22,406 bases of DNA from Elusimicrobiota bacterium (lineage in GTDB: Bacteria; Elusimicrobiota; Elusimicrobia; F11), in NCBI GenBank assembly GCA_046153645.1, contig JBJXGI010000006.1:1-22406 (forward strand), written 5' to 3'. A program made the position numbers and the translations under genes. The notes under the pieces are model-generated. The model searched no databases, was not told the origin of the DNA, and saw nothing but the letters and a program-made list of their open reading frames with translations. The stretch's first letter is position 1, and every line of letters starts with the position of its first letter. Below are positions 16,614-22,406 of the stretch, piece after piece.

Positions 16614-17356
16614 TGGATACGGAGACAGGAATCGTCGCAATTATTCCAGCCAGATCAGGGTCAAAAGGGTTGCCTGGGAAAAACATTCGACCCTTTATGG
16701 GGATTCCTTTGATTGCCCACTCTATTTTATTAGCCAAGAGTTGCATGGAAGTACAAAGAATTATTGTAAGTACTGATTCTCCTCAAGTTTCAGAAGTCGC
16801 AAAAAAATATGGTGCAGAAGTTCCCTTTGTGCGCCCTACTGAATTGGCTCAGGATGATACGGCCCTTTGGCCGGTGATTCGACATGCGTTATCTCAAATC
16901 GAAATAAAAGGGGATCAGTATCGTTATGTGATGCTCTTAGATCCCACGACACCGTGTCGTCACCCACAATATGTGTACGAGTGTTATCAAAGACTTTTAA
17001 TTAATCCTGAAGCCGATGGAATTATTGGTGTTTCCAAACCGGACTTTAATCCTCTTTGGCATTCGGTTGTAGAAAAAAATGGTTGGATGGAAAACCTGAT
17101 GCCCGAAAGCGAACAAATCAATCGTAGGCAAGACGCGCCAGATATTTTTCGAATTAACGGGTCTATTTATATTTGGAGAACAGAATTTGTCAGAGAAAGA
17201 GAAGATGGTTGGCGGAAAAATGGAAAATATTTAATGTATGAAACGCCTGATTTTGCCTCCATTTCAATTGATACTCTAGATGAGTTTAACCGAGCTGAAT
17301 TATTTGTTCGAGAAGGTTTATTTGAATTCCCATGGCTTCAAAAACAGGTGAAATAA
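16613..17356 (+). CDS. neuA: CMP-nonulosonic acid synthetase (acylneuraminate cytidylyltransferase, NeuA/LegF/PtmB type)
   Basis: IIPARSGSKGLPGKNI, VSTDS, GAEVPFVRPTELAQD, LDPTTP, RRQD, INGSIY, SIDTLDEF. GTG start overlaps the upstream TAG. Confidence 0.92.
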   Translation: MDTETGIVAIIPARSGSKGLPGKNIRPFMGIPLIAHSILLAKSCMEVQRIIVSTDSPQVSEVAKKYGAEVPFVRPTELAQDDTALWPVIRHALSQIEIKGDQYRYVMLLDPTTPCRHPQYVYECYQRLLINPEADGIIGVSKPDFNPLWHSVVEKNGWMENLMPESEQINRRQDAPDIFRINGSIYIWRTEFVREREDGWRKNGKYLMYETPDFASISIDTLDEFNRAELFVREGLFEFPWLQKQVK

Positions 17357-17359
17357 TTT

Positions 17360-18163
17360 ATGAAAACAATACTTCAAAAAATTGATTTGACTGGAAAAAA
17401 GGTTCTTATTGCTGGTGGTGCGGGGCATTTGGGAAAAATGATGGCTCATTCCTTAGTAGAGTTAGGCGCAAATGTGATGTTAGTTGATTTAGTAAAAAAA
17501 GATTTAGTTCTCGTTCAAAAAGAATTGGACAAAATTAGATTTGGCGCGTCCCGATTTTTAGTTTGTGATATTTCTAATGAAAAAGACTTAAGAAAAAACA
17601 TGAAGCTTGCCATTAAAGAATTATCGGGCTTAGATATATTGATTCATTCTGCCGCATTTGTAGGAACGACGAAATTCCCCGGATGGGCCGTTCCCTTTGA
17701 AAGTCAAAGCGTCAAAGCCTTGGACGCTTCATTAAAGGTGAACATGACGTCTGCTTTTATATTGGCACAAGAAGCGCAAAAAGCTTTATTAAAATCATCA
17801 TCTGCTAGCATTATTTTTATTTCATCTATATATGGAATGGTTGGCCCTGATATGAGTCTTTATGAAGGGACAAAAATGGCCAATCCTGCTGGGTATAATG
17901 CCTCTAAAGGGGGAGTTCTTCAACTCACTCGATATTTATCAACTGTTTTGGCTCCCAGCATTCGTGTTAATGCTATTTCTCCTGGTGGCATTTGGAGGAA
18001 TCAGCCTAAGTCTTTTGTAAAAAAATATTCAGAACGTACACCTTTAAAAAGAATGGCCACAGAAGACGATATTGTGGGAGCCGTAATTTTCTTGGCCAGT
18101 GGACTTTCATCTTATGTGACCGGTCAAAATATTGTGGTTGATGGTGGTTGGACCGCATGGTAA
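17360..18163 (+). CDS. SDR oxidoreductase of nonulosonic acid clusters (PtmA-like)
   Basis: AGGAGHLG, ISSIYGMVGPDMSLYEGT, YNASKGG, VNAISPGGIWRNQPKSF, TGQNIVVDGGWTAW. Confidence 0.85.
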   Translation: MKTILQKIDLTGKKVLIAGGAGHLGKMMAHSLVELGANVMLVDLVKKDLVLVQKELDKIRFGASRFLVCDISNEKDLRKNMKLAIKELSGLDILIHSAAFVGTTKFPGWAVPFESQSVKALDASLKVNMTSAFILAQEAQKALLKSSSASIIFISSIYGMVGPDMSLYEGTKMANPAGYNASKGGVLQLTRYLSTVLAPSIRVNAISPGGIWRNQPKSFVKKYSERTPLKRMATEDDIVGAVIFLASGLSSYVTGQNIVVDGGWTAW

Positions 18164-19185
18164 AGATAGGATTTAAGTACCCTTGTTTCGTTATTGCTGA
18201 AGCTGGGGTTAATCATAATGGAAGCCTTCGGCTTGCTAAGAAGCTTGTTCTGGCCGCCAAAAAGGCCGGCGCCGATGCGGTAAAGTTTCAAACCTTCTCT
18301 GCGGATCGTTTGGTTTTATCAAGTGCGCCTAAAGCTGAATATCAAAAGAAAAATACTCGAAATTCTGAAACACAATATCAGATGCTCAAAAAACTAGAGC
18401 TTTCCAAGAGCGATCATATCGCCTTAAAAAAGTTTTCGATGAAAAATAAGATTTTGTTTTTGTCTTCAGCCTTCGACGAAGAAAGTTTAGCGTTACTTGA
18501 AAATCTAGATATTTCGATTCATAAGATTGCTTCAGGTGAAATAACCAATTTGCCTTTTTTGGAGAAAGTGGGAAAAACAAAGAAACCAGTTATTCTTTCC
18601 ACTGGAATGAGTAATTTAACTGAAGTTAAACGCGCTGTTCAAATTTTAAAGAAAAATGGGTCTAAACAAATTATTGTTTTGCATTGTTTGAGCCAGTATC
18701 CAGCAAATTTAAGTGAAATTAATCTACGGGCCATGAATACGCTTAATAAATCGTTATTTTTACCCGTTGGATATTCTGATCACTCTTTGGGAATTTTTAT
18801 TCCGCTGGCGGCTGTCGCTTTGGGTGCCTGTGTTATTGAAAAACATTTAACTTTGAATAAGAAACTAGAAGGTCCGGATCATGCCGCTTCTTTAGAACCA
18901 CATGAGTTTTTTCAAATGGTAAAAGGAATTCGAGGTGTCGAAAAAGCATTAGGAACAGATATAAAAAAAGTACAACCTTCTGAAATGAATACGAAAATGG
19001 TTGCGCGAAAGAGTATTGTGATAAAAAATTCTTTGAAGAAAGGTGAAAAAACAAATCGAAATACTTTTGTCATGATGCGCCCTGGAACAGGTTTAAGCCC
19101 TTTTGAAATAAACCGATTTATTGGGAAAAAAGCCAAATTTAATTTGAAGGCAGGTGTTCAACTTCAGCCTGGAATGTTGCGATGA
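18157..19185 (+). CDS. neuB: Nonulosonic acid synthase (NeuB/LegI type) with C-terminal SAF/antifreeze-like domain
   Basis: IAEAGVNHNG, DAVKFQTF, KIASGEITN, LSTGM, LHCLSQYP, GYSDHSLG, IEKHLTL, GPDHAASLEP, RPGTGLSP. ATG 18157 is preferred over TTG 18148. Confidence 0.95.
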   Translation: MVKIGFKYPCFVIAEAGVNHNGSLRLAKKLVLAAKKAGADAVKFQTFSADRLVLSSAPKAEYQKKNTRNSETQYQMLKKLELSKSDHIALKKFSMKNKILFLSSAFDEESLALLENLDISIHKIASGEITNLPFLEKVGKTKKPVILSTGMSNLTEVKRAVQILKKNGSKQIIVLHCLSQYPANLSEINLRAMNTLNKSLFLPVGYSDHSLGIFIPLAAVALGACVIEKHLTLNKKLEGPDHAASLEPHEFFQMVKGIRGVEKALGTDIKKVQPSEMNTKMVARKSIVIKNSLKKGEKTNRNTFVMMRPGTGLSPFEINRFIGKKAKFNLKAGVQLQPGMLR

Positions 19186-20339
19186 AAACAGTCGCTTTTG
19201 TGACGGTAAACCGGTCAGATTATGGGTTATATCGCTCCGTTATGGAAAAAACGATTATAACGAAGAATTTAAAGCCCACTTTTTGGGTATCGGGGGCTCA
19301 TTTTTCTCAAAAACAGGGGTTTTCCGTCAACGAAATCATCCATGATCGTTCCCCAATAGGTGAAAAGATAAGATTATCAGATGTTTTAGATGACCCTGCT
19401 GGTATTTCTCAGTCAATGGCGGAAGTGACTTTTAGATTTTCACAAGCTATAAAACGGAAAAAACCAGATTTTTTAGTGGTCTTGGGGGACCGATTTGAAA
19501 TGCACGCCGCTGCGGTGGCGGCTATTCCATTTGTTATCCCGATTATTCATATTCATGGGGGAGAAGTGACTGAAGGTGCAATTGATAACTCTTTCAGGCA
19601 TTCAATTACAAAAATAAGTCACCTTCATTTTACCTCTACTAAAGAAGCGCGTGAGCGGATTATTCAAATGGGAGAAGAACCTTGGCGAGTAATTGTTTCT
19701 GGAGCACCAGGGCTTGATAATGTTAAAACAGTTCAAACTTTTTCTCCGCAGGAATTAAGGCAGAAGTTTAAGTTGAATTTTTCGGAAGCTCCGATTCTGG
19801 TAACTTATCATTCTGTTACCATGGAATTTCAAAAAACAGATTTTTATGTAAAGCAGTTATTGAGCGCGCTTGGTCACTTTAAAGAACCCATTTTGTTTAC
19901 GGCCCCCAATAATGATACAGCTGGGAGGCAGGTTCGAAAACGAATAGAATCATTTATCAAAAACCATTCCAATTCTATGATGGTTGAAAATTTGGGAACA
20001 CGTGGATACTTTAGTGTTCTAAAGTGGGCACGCGTGATGGTGGGAAACTCTTCTAGTGGTATTTTAGAGGCACCGTCTTTTCAATTGCCAGTTGTAAATA
20101 TAGGTCGTCGCCAACAAGGACGGCTTCAAGCGAAAAATGTTATTAATGCGCCAGATCGTTCCATAGAGATCATAAATGCAATTAAAGAAGGATTGTCTGT
20201 TTCATTTAGAAATTCTTTGAAAACACTAAAAAATCCATATGGAGATGGGAACGCTGCAGAAAAAATTGTAAGTGTTTTAAGTAAGGTTAAAGTTGATCAA
20301 AAATTGCTTTTGAAAAAATTTTATCAAGTGAAATTATAA
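19182..20339 (+). CDS. neuC: Hydrolysing NDP-N-acetylhexosamine/diacetylbacillosamine 2-epimerase (NeuC/LegG type)
   Basis: VTVNRSDYG, LGDRFE, HIHGGE, RHSITKISHLHF, GNSSSGILEAPS, NIGRRQQGR, NPYGDG. Confidence 0.95.
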   Translation: MKTVAFVTVNRSDYGLYRSVMEKTIITKNLKPTFWVSGAHFSQKQGFSVNEIIHDRSPIGEKIRLSDVLDDPAGISQSMAEVTFRFSQAIKRKKPDFLVVLGDRFEMHAAAVAAIPFVIPIIHIHGGEVTEGAIDNSFRHSITKISHLHFTSTKEARERIIQMGEEPWRVIVSGAPGLDNVKTVQTFSPQELRQKFKLNFSEAPILVTYHSVTMEFQKTDFYVKQLLSALGHFKEPILFTAPNNDTAGRQVRKRIESFIKNHSNSMMVENLGTRGYFSVLKWARVMVGNSSSGILEAPSFQLPVVNIGRRQQGRLQAKNVINAPDRSIEIINAIKEGLSVSFRNSLKTLKNPYGDGNAAEKIVSVLSKVKVDQKLLLKKFYQVKL

Positions 20340-20342
20340 ATT

Positions 20343-20987
20343 ATGAAAATAAAGTGTGTGATATTAGGTGCGGGAGGACATTCAAAGGTTTTATTGGATT
20401 GTCTTGAAACTAATAAATCTATTGAAATCATTAATTTATTAGATGCTGATGTGAAATTAAAAGGAAAAAATGTCTCCAAATACAAAGTTCTAGGTGGAGA
20501 TGAAATGCTTCCGCAAGTAAAAAAAATGAAAGTCACTCATTTTATTATCGGAGTTGGAAGTGTTGGTAATAGCACCATTAGGCAAAAACTTTTTAATCTC
20601 GGTATTGAGCAAGGTCTTCAACCCCTGAGCGTCATTCATCCCTCGGCAGTTATTTCCCCTTCGGCTATTATAGGGGTTGGAACAGTTGTTTTTCCAATGG
20701 CGGTGGTAAATGCGGGCGCTATTATTGGACGAAACGTTATTATTAATACGGGAGCGGTAGTAGAGCATGATTGTAAAGTTTTTGATCATGTTCACTTGTC
20801 ACCTAAATCTTGTTTGGCAAGCACTGTGATTGTGGGGAAAGGAAGTCATATTGGTGCCGGAGCAGTGGTTAAACAACTGGTTAAAATTGGCGAAAATGCT
20901 GTTGTGGGCATGGGCGCTGTTGTTCTTCAAGATGTTTATTCAAATCAAACCGTTGTAGGTAATCCGGCAAGAGAGTTAAAAAAATAA
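20343..20987 (+). CDS. neuD: NeuD/PglD family sugar acetyltransferase (hexapeptide left-handed beta-helix)
   Basis: ILGAGGHSKV, IHPSAVIS, hexapeptide repeats, VEHD (catalytic His), VGNPAR. Confidence 0.88.
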   Translation: MKIKCVILGAGGHSKVLLDCLETNKSIEIINLLDADVKLKGKNVSKYKVLGGDEMLPQVKKMKVTHFIIGVGSVGNSTIRQKLFNLGIEQGLQPLSVIHPSAVISPSAIIGVGTVVFPMAVVNAGAIIGRNVIINTGAVVEHDCKVFDHVHLSPKSCLASTVIVGKGSHIGAGAVVKQLVKIGENAVVGMGAVVLQDVYSNQTVVGNPARELKK

Positions 20988-21853
20988 TGAATATTAGAAT
21001 TATTCCAAGGTTGGATATTAAAGGTCCTAATTTGGTGAAGGGTATTCATTTAGAAGGTCTCCGCGTTCTTGGAAAACCGGAGGATTTTGCTAAGTATTAT
21101 TATGAAAATGGGGCAGATGAGCTTATTTATATGGACGTCGTGGCCAGCCTTTATCAACGAAATAGTTTATTGGATATTGTTAAAAGAACTTCTCAGGAAA
21201 TTTTTATTCCTTTAACCGTGGGTGGCGGAATTCGGACAATTGAAGATATTCGAAAGATTTTGAGAGCTGGCGCGGACAAAGTGTCTCTTAATACCGCCGC
21301 TATCGCTAGGCCTGATTTTATTCGTGAAGCGGCCGAAACATTTGGTTCTTCAACTATTGTTGTATCCATTGAGGCCATCAAACATGCTCCTGGAAAATAT
21401 GAGGCTTACACCGATAATGGCCGAGAAGCAACCAACATTGATGTTTTCGAATGGGCTCAAAAAGTGACCGATTTAGGCGCAGGTGAAATATTTTTAACTT
21501 CTATTAATCAAGAAGGAACGGGTCAAGGGTTTGACTTGGAATTAACTCGGAAAATTGCGGATATGGTTCATATTCCTGTTATCGCTTGCGGTGGAGCGGG
21601 AAATCAAGAACACATGGTGCAGGTTGTTAAACAGGGGCATGCCGATGCCGTTAGCGTGGCTTCAGTACTTCATTATGATTTCGTTGGGAAAATAAAACCT
21701 GTGAGTGGTCATAAAGAAGAAGGAAATGTTGAATATCTTAATAGTGGGCGAAATTTTTCAAAAATTAAAGGATTCTCTATTCCTGATATAAAAGATTATT
21801 TAAATAAAAATAATATTGCATGTCGAATACTAAAGGAAAAATCACATGTCTAA
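20987..21853 (+). CDS. hisF: HisF-like TIM-barrel subunit of a glycan amidation system (WbuZ-like paralogue)
   Basis: RIIPRLDIKGPNLVKG, GADEL, PLTVGGGIR, AGADKVSLNTAA, GAGEIFLTSINQEGTGQGFD, IACGGAG. It sits in a polysaccharide locus rather than a his operon. Confidence 0.88.
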   Translation: MNIRIIPRLDIKGPNLVKGIHLEGLRVLGKPEDFAKYYYENGADELIYMDVVASLYQRNSLLDIVKRTSQEIFIPLTVGGGIRTIEDIRKILRAGADKVSLNTAAIARPDFIREAAETFGSSTIVVSIEAIKHAPGKYEAYTDNGREATNIDVFEWAQKVTDLGAGEIFLTSINQEGTGQGFDLELTRKIADMVHIPVIACGGAGNQEHMVQVVKQGHADAVSVASVLHYDFVGKIKPVSGHKEEGNVEYLNSGRNFSKIKGFSIPDIKDYLNKNNIACRILKEKSHV

Positions 21854-22406
21854 CCCGGTGGCTATTATTGATTATGGGTTGGGGAATGTTTTCAGTATTT
21901 TAAAAGCTTGTGAACGTGTTGGAATTCGCGCGCAATTAACAGCAACAAAAGAAGAGATTTTGAACTCCCCCGCTGTTATTCTTCCTGGTGTGGGTGCCTT
22001 TGGTGATGCCATGGCAACTTTAAATAATTTAGATTTGGTTTCTGTGTTGAAAGATTTTGTCCATCAAGGTAAACCTTTGATGGGTGTTTGTTTGGGGCTT
22101 CAATTGCTTATGGAGGAAAGTCATGAATTTGGCCTGCACAAAGGATTGGGAATTATAAAAGGCGATGTGGTTAAGTTAAATTTAGAAAAAAAAGAAAATA
22201 GAATTTTGAAAGTGCCTGAGGTTTGTTGGAATAAAGTTAATAAACCCGCCGGAAAAGAAAATGCCTGGGACCAAACACCCTTAAAAGATTTTTCAAATGG
22301 TGAATATATGTATTTTGTACATTCTTTTTATGTTCGACCAAAAGAGAAAGATGTGGTACTTTCTCATACTCAATACGGAGAAACAGAATTTTGCTCCTCT
22401 GTAAAA
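21846..22406 (+). CDS. hisH: HisH-like class I glutamine amidotransferase (WbuY-like paralogue), 3'-truncated by the window edge
   Basis: Not in the ORF track. Manual translation gives MSNPVAIIDYGLGNVFSI...ILPGVGAFGDAM...GVCLGLQLL (nucleophile Cys)...YFVHSFYV..., and the frame is open to the end of the window. Confidence 0.9.
   Translation, partial: MSNPVAIIDYGLGNVFSILKACERVGIRAQLTATKEEILNSPAVILPGVGAFGDAMATLNNLDLVSVLKDFVHQGKPLMGVCLGLQLLMEESHEFGLHKGLGIIKGDVVKLNLEKKENRILKVPEVCWNKVNKPAGKENAWDQTPLKDFSNGEYMYFVHSFYVRPKEKDVVLSHTQYGETEFCSSVK

Noticed and set aside
460..20795. Short alternative-frame and minus-strand ORFs in the track (for example 460-678, 1797-2015, 5409-5591, 7937-8182, 9005-9262, 12697-12990, 14659-14877, 20490-20795)
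   Set aside because: All lie within or across well-supported + strand genes, are 60-101 aa and show no recognisable motifs. They are best explained as shadow ORFs.
20630..20960. Repetitive-looking sequence in the acetyltransferase
   Set aside because: Explained by protein-level hexapeptide repeats of the left-handed beta-helix. It is not a DNA repeat or CRISPR array.
20987..22406. Histidine biosynthesis operon
   Set aside because: Only hisF/hisH-like genes are present, coupled to neuD, and HisF catalytic-region residues are substituted. This fits glycan amidation paralogues.
1..22406. Mobile elements, CRISPR arrays, tRNA/rRNA, intrinsic terminators, defence systems
   Set aside because: I saw no transposase/integrase motifs, spaced direct repeats, RNA-gene signatures or intergenic GC-rich hairpins with U-tracts. 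There is essentially no intergenic space apart from 6733-6799.

Overview
The window is a densely packed, AT-rich bacterial surface-glycan biosynthesis locus, with 22 CDS (two partial) all on the + strand. Block 1 (1-6732) holds the 3' end of an HddA-type heptose-7-phosphate kinase, a Nudix hydrolase, a GDP-fucose-synthase-family enzyme, three glycosyltransferases (two are clear paralogues) and an MsbA/PglK-type ABC flippase. The only sizeable intergenic gap (6733-6799) holds a good sigma70-like promoter overlapped by a perfect palindrome, ATGTTCA-N5-TGAACAT. An 11-codon ORF starts at the predicted +1, just ahead of a MarR-like winged-helix regulator. Block 2 (7339-15603) is the unusual part: an AroB-related sugar-phosphate cyclase, a divergent GmhA-like SIS isomerase, a sulfotransferase-like protein with a kinase-type Walker A, a cytidylyltransferase-cupin fusion and five NAD(P)-dependent oxidoreductases. 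This is a candidate pathway for making and nucleotide-activating a carbocyclic (cyclitol-like) or otherwise unusual sugar. Block 3 (15603-22406) is a legionaminic-acid-type nonulosonic acid pathway (PtmF-like, NeuA, PtmA-like, NeuB, NeuC, NeuD-like) with a HisF/HisH-like amidotransferase pair. I saw no RNA genes, mobile elements, CRISPR arrays or terminators. All calls rest on motif recognition by eye; no searches were run.
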